Shown: piece after piece, positions 10,329-18,688 of the stretch
How the letters are laid out: the number at the start of each line of letters is the position of its first letter
Numbering within the stretch: position 1 is the first letter of the stretch
Assembly: GCA_963779755.1 (NCBI GenBank)
Contig: CAVZZO010000003.1
Location: 1,600,001 to 1,664,000 of the forward strand
Origin: an uncultured Gemmatimonadales bacterium
Lineage (GTDB): Bacteria; Gemmatimonadota; Gemmatimonadetes; Gemmatimonadales; GWC2-71-9
Reading direction: 5' to 3'
Length of the DNA stretch: 64,000 nt
Program-made: the position numbers and the translations under genes
Notes under the pieces: model-generated
What the model was told of the DNA's origin: nothing
What the model saw: the letters and a program-made list of their open reading frames with translations, nothing else
Database searches by the model: none

Positions 10329-11321
10329 ATGGAGCGCAGAGAGTTTCTATACGCCGCCGCTGCCGGCCTGGCCGGCACGGGCCTGTTCCGGGTTCGTCCG
10401 GCTCCCCGGGTCGGTCCGACCCTGGTCTCGGGACCGATCGACGCCGCGGCCTTCCACGCCATGCGCAAGTTTGCGCCGACCCGGTTCGGACGCATCGCCT
10501 ACGTGGAGCGGGGGCTTGGCGAGGCCGCGCTATTCCTGCACGGCGATCCGCTCAACGGTTTCCAGTGGCGCGGGGCGCTGGAGCGGCTGTCATCGGAGCG
10601 CCGCTGCATTGCCCCCGATCTCATGGGGCTGGGCTACGGCGAGATCCCGGCAGGCCAGAGTCTGGCCCCCGAGGCGCAGGCCGACATGTGCGCGGCGCTG
10701 CTCGATGTGCTCGCGATCAGGTCGGTGGACCTGGTCGGCAGCGACAGCGGCGGCGCGGTCGCCCAGTTGCTGGTGGCGCGCCATCCCGAACGAGTGCGGA
10801 CACTGCTGCTCACCAATTGTGATAGCTACGAGAACAGCCCCCCGGAGGCGCTCGCCCCGGTGATCGCAGGCGCCCGCAGGGGAACCCTGGTGAAGGACAC
10901 CAATGTCCGGTGGCTCGCGGACACGAACCAGGCGCGGGCGGCGCTGGGCACCGCCTACACCGATCCCGCCCACCTGACCGACGAGGCGATCGAGGTCTAC
11001 CTGCGGCCCTCCACTACCTCGCCGCTCCGCACGGCGCAGTTTCATGAATACCAGATCGCGCTGGACCGGAACGCCTTGCTACCGGTGGTGCCTCAGCTCC
11101 GGCAGAACCAGATACCGGTGCAGCTGATCTGGGGCATAGCAGACAGCATCTTTACGCCCGGCAATGCCGACGCCCTCGCCCGGCTGTTCCCGCGCTGCCG
11201 CGGCGTCCGCAAGCTCGAGGGCGCGAAGCTGTTCTTTCCCGAGGAGTTTCCCGACATCGTCGCTCAGGAGGCGCGGAGGTTGTGGGGGAGGAGTGAAGAC
11301 GGTCGGGAGGTCAGGGGATAG
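10329..11321 (+). CDS. Alpha/beta hydrolase (haloalkane dehalogenase/epoxide hydrolase-like) with Tat signal
   Basis: MERREFL twin-arginine leader, LHGDP, PDLMGLG, GSDSGG nucleophile elbow with Asp. Confidence 0.85.
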   Translation: MERREFLYAAAAGLAGTGLFRVRPAPRVGPTLVSGPIDAAAFHAMRKFAPTRFGRIAYVERGLGEAALFLHGDPLNGFQWRGALERLSSERRCIAPDLMGLGYGEIPAGQSLAPEAQADMCAALLDVLAIRSVDLVGSDSGGAVAQLLVARHPERVRTLLLTNCDSYENSPPEALAPVIAGARRGTLVKDTNVRWLADTNQARAALGTAYTDPAHLTDEAIEVYLRPSTTSPLRTAQFHEYQIALDRNALLPVVPQLRQNQIPVQLIWGIADSIFTPGNADALARLFPRCRGVRKLEGAKLFFPEEFPDIVAQEARRLWGRSEDGREVRG

Positions 11322-11367
11322 GCCGCGACGCGATCAGGTGACGGCACAATCTGATTGCCTCGAACTC

Positions 11368-11946
11368 TCACCCGCCTCTCGCTTCACACACCTGCAGCAG
11401 CCCCGTGAGCATCCGCTCTGTCATGCCCCACACGATGTGCCCACCCACCATGTAGGCGGGAAAGGGGCGGGAGACGCCGGGCGCGATCTCCATGCTGACG
11501 TCGCCGTAGCGGGCGGGATCGGCCAGGTCTTCGACCGGGGCCCAGTGCGTCAGGGCGACTTCGTGATTGGGATGGAGCGCCGGCCGGCCTTCCACGGCGA
11601 AGACGAACGGCCGGGCCAGAATGGGCAGGCGCGTGGTGCGGGGAGCCACGTCGTCCAGCGAGCCGAGGAGCGCCCCCCGCTCCAGGTGGATGCCGACCTC
11701 CTCGGCGGTCTCCCGGATGGCGGTGGCGAGCAGATCGGCGTCATCCGGGTGCCGCCGGCCGCCGGGCAGTCCCATGTGACCGGACCAGGGATCGCCGGCC
11801 CGTTCCGCCCGCCGGATGAGAAGAACGGCCTCGGGGTCCGTGCCCACGATGACGGCGACGGCGGCTTCGGTCAGGCCCTCACCCGTCGCCTGCACCGGCT
11901 GCCGGCGCGACAGCGCGTCGCGCAACCGGCGCTGGAAGGGAGTCAC
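11368..11946 (-). CDS. Nudix hydrolase, CoA pyrophosphatase-like
   Basis: WSGHMGLPGG...AIRETAEEVG Nudix box, C-terminal VWGMT; GTG start overlaps upstream stop. Confidence 0.88.
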   Translation of the reverse strand: MTPFQRRLRDALSRRQPVQATGEGLTEAAVAVIVGTDPEAVLLIRRAERAGDPWSGHMGLPGGRRHPDDADLLATAIRETAEEVGIHLERGALLGSLDDVAPRTTRLPILARPFVFAVEGRPALHPNHEVALTHWAPVEDLADPARYGDVSMEIAPGVSRPFPAYMVGGHIVWGMTERMLTGLLQVCEARGG

Positions 11947-12770
11947 GCGGAGAGCCGGCGCACCGATGCCTCGTAGACCTGTTCCAGCGCCGGGGTGATG
12001 CCCTGCCAGGGATGGGCCGCCCCGAAGGTGTGCCCGGTGCCGGGAATCAGCAGCAGCTCCGCCTTTCCGCCGCTCGCGGCGTGCAGCGCCCGCGCATCGG
12101 CCGGATCCACCGACTCGTCGTCCTCGCCGTGAATGATGAGCCAGGGGACCGCCACCCGGGCCGCGGCGGCCAGAATGTCGAGCGATCCGCCGGCGTGGTG
12201 GTCGATGTCGTCGAGCACCTCGGTGGAGAGCGGAAAATCCTGCCCGGTGCGCGAGTTGTGGATGCTGACCGCTCCGCGTTTGCGCCAGGCGGCTTTGGCC
12301 TCGCCGCTCCAGCGGTCTACCGTGCCGATGGCGGCCCAGGTCACCAGGCGGGTGATGCGCCGGTCGCGTTCGGCGGCGAGGATCGCCATGCCGCCGCCGC
12401 GGGAGTGTCCCACCAGCCCGAGCGACACCGCGGCGGGGAAGCCGAGCCTGCCGCCGGTGATCGCGTCCACCACCGCGAGGATGTCGTGCAGCTCGTGGCT
12501 GTAGGTGTTCCGGCCGAAGCGTTCGGGCCAGACGAATTCGCCCGAGTCGTCCACTCCGCTGCCGCTCAGGTTGCAACTGACGGCGGTGAACCCCGCGCGC
12601 GCCAGCCGTTCGCAGAAGGGCGGGAACATGCCCCAATCCTTGAAGCCCTTGAAGCCGTGGACCACCAGGACTGCCGGACGGGAAGCGGCCCGGTCTCCGG
12701 TGCGGACATCGACCAGAATCGCTCCCAGCGCGCCGGCAAGGCGGTGGCGGGTGAGGTGGGGAGTAGCCAT
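11943..12770 (-). CDS. Alpha/beta hydrolase (S9/dienelactone hydrolase-like)
   Basis: HGFKGFKDWG, GHSRGG, IHGEDDESV, GHTFG. Confidence 0.88.
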   Translation of the reverse strand: MATPHLTRHRLAGALGAILVDVRTGDRAASRPAVLVVHGFKGFKDWGMFPPFCERLARAGFTAVSCNLSGSGVDDSGEFVWPERFGRNTYSHELHDILAVVDAITGGRLGFPAAVSLGLVGHSRGGGMAILAAERDRRITRLVTWAAIGTVDRWSGEAKAAWRKRGAVSIHNSRTGQDFPLSTEVLDDIDHHAGGSLDILAAAARVAVPWLIIHGEDDESVDPADARALHAASGGKAELLLIPGTGHTFGAAHPWQGITPALEQVYEASVRRLSA

Positions 12771-12898
12771 GGGTCGCAAGTTAATGCAGGACCTTGCTAC
12801 TCGTTTTCAACCTCGACGACCCGTCCTGCACGGCATCGGGAAGCAGCAGCTGCCCAGTATCGAAATGAACACCTGCCCCCGCCCGGGCCGGCGGGGGC

Positions 12899-13864
12899 TC
12901 AGGCCACCGCCGCCTCCACCAGGTCCATCTCTCCGTTCTCCGCATCCAGCCGCGCCCGCCCGCCGACCGGCAGCGTCCACTGGTCGTCGACATGCCCGAT
13001 GGGAAAGCCGTACGCCACCGGGATATTGAGCGGGCCGAAATAGGTCCCCAGCACCTCCCCCAGCCCCAGGGCGCCGTCGTCGCTGGCCCGGTGCATTTCG
13101 GTGAACCGCCCCAGGGCCGCGCCCGCCAGCCCCTGGAGATGACCCGCCATGCGCAGATGCGAAAGCATCCGGTCCAGCCGGTACAGATCCTCTCCGACAT
13201 CCTCCAGAAAGAGGATGGCGCCCCGGGTGTCGGGAAAATGCCGGGTGCCGACCAGACACTGCATCAGGCTAAGATTGCCACCAACCAGCGGGCCTTCGGC
13301 GACGCCGGAGCGCAGGGTCACGATTCTGTCCCGGTCCGGCACCAGGACTTCCGCGGGCGGCGCGACCCGTCCCAACCGGCCGGGCGGGTTCGCCTGAGTG
13401 AGCACCCGTTCAAGATGCCGGCGGCTGAAGCTGGAGAGACTGTGCCGGGCCACCGGCCCGTGAAAGGTCACCACGCCGGTAGCGCGGGTCACGGCATTCA
13501 GGAGAGCGGTAATGTCAGAATACCCGATGAGCGGCCGCGGCCGGCGGGCGACCGCGTCAAAGTCGACTTGATCCAGAAGTCGGGTCACCCCGTAGCCCCC
13601 GCGGAGGCACCAGACCGCGTCGATGGCCGGGTCGCACAGCGCGGCATTGAGATCTTCCAGCCGCTCGGCGTCGGTGCCAGCGAGATATCCGTAGTGGCGG
13701 CCGGCGTGCGGCGCCGGCCGCGGCTCCCAACCCAGGGCCTGGCACAGTTCCCGGCCCCGAACCAGATCATCGAGCTCGAGCAATGGACCAGCCGGAGCAA
13801 TCAGCGCGATTCGAGCCCCCGGACCGAGTTTCGGGGGACGGACGGACGGCAGCTTTGACCCCAT
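12899..13864 (-). CDS. ldcA: LD-carboxypeptidase (peptidase S66)
   Basis: RGGYG, GYSDIT (Ser), GGNLS, FLEDVGE (Glu), IGH (His). Confidence 0.9.
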   Translation of the reverse strand: MGSKLPSVRPPKLGPGARIALIAPAGPLLELDDLVRGRELCQALGWEPRPAPHAGRHYGYLAGTDAERLEDLNAALCDPAIDAVWCLRGGYGVTRLLDQVDFDAVARRPRPLIGYSDITALLNAVTRATGVVTFHGPVARHSLSSFSRRHLERVLTQANPPGRLGRVAPPAEVLVPDRDRIVTLRSGVAEGPLVGGNLSLMQCLVGTRHFPDTRGAILFLEDVGEDLYRLDRMLSHLRMAGHLQGLAGAALGRFTEMHRASDDGALGLGEVLGTYFGPLNIPVAYGFPIGHVDDQWTLPVGGRARLDAENGEMDLVEAAVA

Positions 13865-13956
13865 CGGAGCAGTCTCCTACATTTCGGGTCCCTTTCCTGC
13901 GACGGAGTGCCGATCTGCGCGCCTATCACCCTGCCCTGCTGGCCGTCGGCCGGGCC

Positions 13957-14490
13957 ATGGCCGAGCAACGGGAGCCCATGGTCACCCAGTGGGCCAACTG
14001 GCTGGGCGACCGGCTCACCGCGGCCCCGGCCTTCCCCCGCGCCCTGACCGAGCGGGAACTCCGGCTCCTGATCGAAGCGCTGACCGAAATGGTCGGCCCC
14101 ATGCGGCGCGAGGTCAAGCCGGTCTGGTATTCGGCCTGCGAGCAGTACGGCCGCATGGCGGCGGCGCGGGGCCTGGCGGCCGGCGAAGTGGTCGAGGAAA
14201 TCCAGTACCTGCGCGAGGTCCTGATCCGGCATCTGTCGCCGGTGCTGGCCGCCATGCGGGCCCGTCAGGGCATGGCAACCATGTTGCGGCTGAACCGGGT
14301 GGTCGACAAAGGCGTCTCCACCGCGGTCGTGGGCTACACCGACGCCCTGATCGCCACGCTGTTCGTGCAGAACGGCGTGCCCCGGCCCGATACCGAGCTG
14401 GATGCCGCCGAGATCAGCCGCCAGCTCGACAACCTTGAAGAGGAGCTCGCCGCCGCTACCCGGCCCAACGGGAAGAGCCCGGCCGCCTAG
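13957..14490 (+). CDS. Hypothetical helical protein (RsbRD N-terminal/globin-like sensor domain possible); start uncertain
   Basis: Coding-like composition, 'YGRMAAARGLAAGEVVEEIQYLRE' pattern. Confidence 0.6.
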   Translation: MAEQREPMVTQWANWLGDRLTAAPAFPRALTERELRLLIEALTEMVGPMRREVKPVWYSACEQYGRMAAARGLAAGEVVEEIQYLREVLIRHLSPVLAAMRARQGMATMLRLNRVVDKGVSTAVVGYTDALIATLFVQNGVPRPDTELDAAEISRQLDNLEEELAAATRPNGKSPAA

Positions 14491-14532
14491 GCCCCGCCTT
14501 CCCGCCCGACCTGTCGTCCGGCGCCAACCACC

Positions 14533-15690
14533 ATGGCGTACCATCACCTCACCCCGCTGCTCTGGGCCCTCCCCTGGACGGCGCCCTTTGTGGTCTTCCT
14601 CCGGCTGGCCCGGCGGGAGCCCGACATCGCCCGGGCGCCCCGGGTGCGGGGCCGGCTGGTGAGCGTGATCATTCCCGCCCGCAATGAGGCCGCCGGCATC
14701 GGCACGGTCATCGCATCGGTCCTGGGCGGCCAGTACGAGCCCCTGGAAATCCTGGTGGTGGACGACCGTTCCAGCGACGAAACCGCCGGCATCGTGCGCC
14801 GGTTCGCCCAGGTGGACTCGCGGGTCCGGCTCATCAGCGGGACGGAGCTGCCGCCCGGCTGGTTCGGCAAGCCGTGGGCCTGCTTCCAGGGCTACCTCGA
14901 GGCCCGCGGCGAGCTGCTGCTCTTTACCGATGCCGACACCCGCCACAGCCCGGAGCTGCTCTGCCGCGCGGTGGGCGCCCTGGAGCGGGAGGACGCCGCC
15001 CTGCTCACCGTGGCCCCGCGGCAGCGCTGCGTGTCGTTCTGGGAGCGTGCCATCATGCCGCAGGTGGTTTCGCTGCTGGCGCTGCGCTACCATCCGGCCC
15101 GGGTGAACCGCGCCACCGAAGCCCGCGACGTCATCGCCAACGGGCAGTTCATCCTGACCCCGCGAAGCGCCTACGAACGGGCCGGCACCCATGCGGCGGT
15201 CAAGGGCGAAGTGGCGGAAGACCTGGCCCTGGCGCAGATCTTCCTGCGCCGCGGGCTCAAGGTGTACTTCGCCTTTGCCGAAACGCTGATGGAAACCCGG
15301 ATGTACCAGGGCCTGCGGCACCTGGTCGAGGGCTGGTCCAAGAACGTCTATCTCGGCGGCCGGGCCTCGTTCCCCGATGAGCCGGCCCGGCGGGCCCTGG
15401 TGCCGGTGGTGCTGGGCGCCATGATGCTCTTCTGGCTGCTCCCCCCGCTCCTGCTGCTGCTGGGAATCCTGGGGATTCTTCCGTCGCTCACCCTGCCCGC
15501 TTTCGCCGCCACCCTGCTCTGCACCCTGTTCTGGATGGCTTTCAGCCGGGGCATGGGTATTCCCACCGTCTACGGCCTGGCCTATCCGCTGGGCGCCCTG
15601 CTGACGCTCTACATCGTGGGCCGCTCCACCTGGCGCGGCGCGCGCAGGGTGGAGTGGAAAGGGCGGGTGTACCGGCTCGGAGAAGCGTGA
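14533..15690 (+). CDS. Glycosyltransferase family 2, membrane-bound (CrtQ/HpnB-like)
   Basis: IIPARNE, VDDRSSD, GKPWAC, FTDAD, AEDLALA, EGWSKN; C-terminal TMs. Confidence 0.88.
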   Translation: MAYHHLTPLLWALPWTAPFVVFLRLARREPDIARAPRVRGRLVSVIIPARNEAAGIGTVIASVLGGQYEPLEILVVDDRSSDETAGIVRRFAQVDSRVRLISGTELPPGWFGKPWACFQGYLEARGELLLFTDADTRHSPELLCRAVGALEREDAALLTVAPRQRCVSFWERAIMPQVVSLLALRYHPARVNRATEARDVIANGQFILTPRSAYERAGTHAAVKGEVAEDLALAQIFLRRGLKVYFAFAETLMETRMYQGLRHLVEGWSKNVYLGGRASFPDEPARRALVPVVLGAMMLFWLLPPLLLLLGILGILPSLTLPAFAATLLCTLFWMAFSRGMGIPTVYGLAYPLGALLTLYIVGRSTWRGARRVEWKGRVYRLGEA

Positions 15691-15695
15691 GGAGA

Positions 15696-15770
15696 GGGAT
15701 CAGGAACCGGGAATCAGGGAGCAGGGGCCCGGCCTCATTCCCGATTCCCGATTCCCGATTCCCGATTCCT
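15696..15770. repeat. Inverted pair of heptamer arrays (GGAATCA-like / ATTCCCG x4+)
   Basis: Read directly; follows the GT2 stop. Confidence 0.85.
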
Positions 15771-15849
15771 CTCCCGGTCCTCCTGATCCCGGACTTGCCA
15801 TCGCACGCCGATGGGGAGACCTTGCGAAAGGCCGTTTCAGGAGACAACA

Positions 15850-16101
15850 ATGCAGTTGACGCTCACCAGAGACATGGTCGACGCGCTCGATCGTGCCGCG
15901 GACAAGCCCGACTGGCTGACCGAGCGTCTGGACACCATCAGGCACGGGCGTGAGCCCTATATCCTGACGCTCCGGGCGGAGGAAAGCACGGCGCTGGAGG
16001 AGTTGTGCGCCATGAATATCCGGTTCGACGAGGCGGGCAATGTGCTGCCGGAGCACCGCCCGCTGGACGAGCTGTCCCTCATGATCATGGCGCACTACTG
16101 A
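15850..16101 (+). CDS. Small hypothetical protein (83 aa)
   Basis: AGGAGA RBS before ATG, coding-like composition. Confidence 0.65.
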   Translation: MQLTLTRDMVDALDRAADKPDWLTERLDTIRHGREPYILTLRAEESTALEELCAMNIRFDEAGNVLPEHRPLDELSLMIMAHY

Positions 16102-18208
16102 GCACTTCACGCACCCGGCCGGCCAGCTCGTCCCAGGTCCAGGGCTTCTGGATGAACGGCAGGGACGCCCACTCGGGGAACTGGCCCAGGTCCCCCTGGC
16201 CGGGTGCGTAGCCGCTGGTAAAGAGAAACGGCAGCCGCAGCCCCGCCTTCTTCACTTCCTCGTACAACTGCCACCCGCTGAGCCTGGGCATCACCACATC
16301 GGAGATGACCAGGTTCAGCCGCGGCTCACCGCTCTGGATGATCCGCAGCGCCTCCTGACCGTCGCCCGCGGTGACCACCTGGTAGCCCAGCCGGCGGAGA
16401 ATGCGCTCGCCCGCGCGGCGCAGGGCCGGCTCATCCTCCACCAGCAGCAGGGTCTCTCCCTTGCCCTGCACTTCCCCGGTGGAGAGCGGCGCCCCGGTGC
16501 TCCCCGGGTGGGCGGCATGCCCGGCCAGCGGGAAGTACACCGCCACCGACGTTCCGCTTCCCGGGACGCTCTCCATCTCCACGTAGCCCCGGTGCTGCTT
16601 GGCCAGCCCGTAGATCATCGACAGGCCCAGGCCGCTTCCTTCCGTCGGCGGCTTGGTGGTGAAAAAGGGCTCGAAGGCGCGCGCCAGCACCGCCGGGTCC
16701 ATGCCCTCCCCGGTATCGCGCACGTGCAGGCAGCCGTACATACCCGGCTCCCGGTAGGGCCGCTCGGGTGAGGGAACCAGCGCCTCCACGGCGGCGCGGA
16801 TCCGCAGGGTCCCGCCCCCGGGCATGGCGTCCCGGGCGTTGGTCGCCAGGTTGAGCAGGATCTGCTCTACGGCACCGGGATCGGCCAGGACGGCCCGCCC
16901 GCGGCACTCGTCCACAATCTCGATCGTGAGGTTCTCGGGCAGCAGGCGCCGGAGCGTGTCCCCCAGGTTCTCCACCACCCGCCCCAGATCCAGCGGCACC
17001 GGGGCGAGCTTGCTGTGGCGGCTGAAGCTGAGGAGCTTGCGGATCATGCTGGAGCCGCGCCGGGCCGAGGTCTTGAGATCGTCCACAATCCGCTGCAGCT
17101 CCGGATCGGACTGGCTCATGCCCTGGGCCAGCAGGTCGGCGTCGGCCAGGACTACCGTGAGCAGGTTGTTGAAGTCATGCGCGATGCCGGCGGTGAGCTG
17201 CCCCACCGCCTCCATCCGCTGCGCCGCCCGCAGCTCGCTTTCCAGCCGGCGCCGCTCGGTGATGTCGCGCAGGATGCTCTGGACTACCCCGTCTTCTGCC
17301 AGGGTGGAGTTGATCTCGGCCGTGACCTGGCTGCCGTCGGGCCGGAGCAGCACCCGCTCCACCAGCCGCCGGTCGTCCCCGCGGATCTGGTCCAGCGTCA
17401 GGGGTAGCCGCTCGAGATCGTCGGGCGCGATCAGCTCCGCCGCGGAGCGGCCCACCAGGTCCTCCCGATCGCGCTCCAGCAGGCGGCACGCCTGGGCGTT
17501 GACCTGCAGGATCACCCCCTGCGTGGTCAGCAGGATGATGGCGTCGCTGGCCTCCTCCATCAGGCGGCGGTAGCGCCGCTCCGAGTCCTCCAGCCGCCGC
17601 TCGGCTTCCCGGCGCTGGGTCACGTCGTGGATGATGACGTAGAGCGCGGGCCGCCCCCCGAAATCAATGGGCGTGGAGTGTACCTCCACATCCCGCACGC
17701 TGCCGTCGGCCACGCAGTGGCGGGACTGGAACACCCTCTGCGACCCCGCCCGCGCCGCCCGCATGTCTTCCCGGACCAGCTCCAGGTTGCGCCGGTTGAT
17801 GCTGGTGATGTTGCTGCCCACCAGGTCCCGGTGCGGGCGGCCGTAGAAGGCCGACGCCGCGGGGTTGGCCTCCAGCAGCGTGCCGGTCTCGCTGTCCAGG
17901 ATGAATACGATGGCGGCGGTGCCTTCGAACATCTGGCGGTAGCGGGCCTCGCTCGTCTCCAGGGCCCGGCGCGATCGCTCCACCCGCCGCAGCGCCCCGG
18001 CCACCAGCAGGTAGAGCAGGAGCGAGGTGGCCAGCACGTAGCCCAGTCCCTTGACGGTCTGGATGCGGCTCAGCTGCTCCAGCGACATGCGCCCGACGTG
18101 CAGCAGCAGCTGGTCGGAAAAGAAAATCCAGGCGCAGCCCGCGACTGCATAGACCGCGGCAATCGTGAAGGGTGTCAGCAGGCGGGGTCTGTCTCTGCCT
18201 GGAGCCAT
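16085..18208 (-). CDS. Hybrid sensor histidine kinase (2 TM, PAS x2, HisKA, HATPase, REC)
   Basis: AHDFNNLL H-box, NARDAM, DTGEGM, FFTTK, GLGL, receiver LLVEDE..SDVVMP..KP. Confidence 0.93.
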   Translation of the reverse strand: MAPGRDRPRLLTPFTIAAVYAVAGCAWIFFSDQLLLHVGRMSLEQLSRIQTVKGLGYVLATSLLLYLLVAGALRRVERSRRALETSEARYRQMFEGTAAIVFILDSETGTLLEANPAASAFYGRPHRDLVGSNITSINRRNLELVREDMRAARAGSQRVFQSRHCVADGSVRDVEVHSTPIDFGGRPALYVIIHDVTQRREAERRLEDSERRYRRLMEEASDAIILLTTQGVILQVNAQACRLLERDREDLVGRSAAELIAPDDLERLPLTLDQIRGDDRRLVERVLLRPDGSQVTAEINSTLAEDGVVQSILRDITERRRLESELRAAQRMEAVGQLTAGIAHDFNNLLTVVLADADLLAQGMSQSDPELQRIVDDLKTSARRGSSMIRKLLSFSRHSKLAPVPLDLGRVVENLGDTLRRLLPENLTIEIVDECRGRAVLADPGAVEQILLNLATNARDAMPGGGTLRIRAAVEALVPSPERPYREPGMYGCLHVRDTGEGMDPAVLARAFEPFFTTKPPTEGSGLGLSMIYGLAKQHRGYVEMESVPGSGTSVAVYFPLAGHAAHPGSTGAPLSTGEVQGKGETLLLVEDEPALRRAGERILRRLGYQVVTAGDGQEALRIIQSGEPRLNLVISDVVMPRLSGWQLYEEVKKAGLRLPFLFTSGYAPGQGDLGQFPEWASLPFIQKPWTWDELAGRVREVLSSAP

Positions 18209-18366
18209 GTTTGAATGTGTGAGGAGCCCGCGGGGGTGGGCCGCCCTAATCTAGCCCGGGGACCGGGATGGGGAAGGGCGGGAAGGCGGGAAGGCGGGAA
18301 GACAAAAAGGGACCGGAGCCGGACGCCCGAAGCCGATGGCTGCCGGAGCGCGCGTAGGGAGCCAGG

Positions 18367-18396
18367 GCGGTGAGCGGTGAGCGGTGAGCGGTGAGC
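18367..18396. repeat. Heptamer array (GCGGTGA)x4
   Basis: Read directly. Confidence 0.9.
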
Positions 18397-18410
18397 CGGA
18401 AGCTAGGCCG

Positions 18411-18531
18411 GCCGCCGGCCGACGCCGATGGGTCCCAGAGCGGGCGTCGGGGCGCCCACAGGTGGATGGGGATCTCTCATCGGGGCGCGCACCGTCAGGC
18501 CGCGGAGGGAGCCACGGCGTCGGCCGGCGGC
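18411..18531. repeat. Long hairpin closed by a perfect 17-bp inverted repeat
   Basis: GCCGCCGGCCGACGCCG (18411-18427) / CGGCGTCGGCCGGCGGC (18515-18531). Confidence 0.85.
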
Positions 18532-18688
18532 AAGCGCTGAGGACCGGGTACTGGGGCTCCAACACATGGAGGCAGTCTCGGCCAAGGGCGCGGGCAAGGG
18601 CGATACGGTGCTCCTCCATGCGCTTGAATGGTACCGGACCAGAGCCACCTGGTCGCTATGCTGACTCCCCACTTTCCGGGGATCCCGC

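Noticed and set aside
18411..18531. SRP RNA, 6S RNA or a known riboswitch
   Set aside because: No SRP domain IV motif or other recognisable consensus on either strand; kept as an unassigned hairpin.
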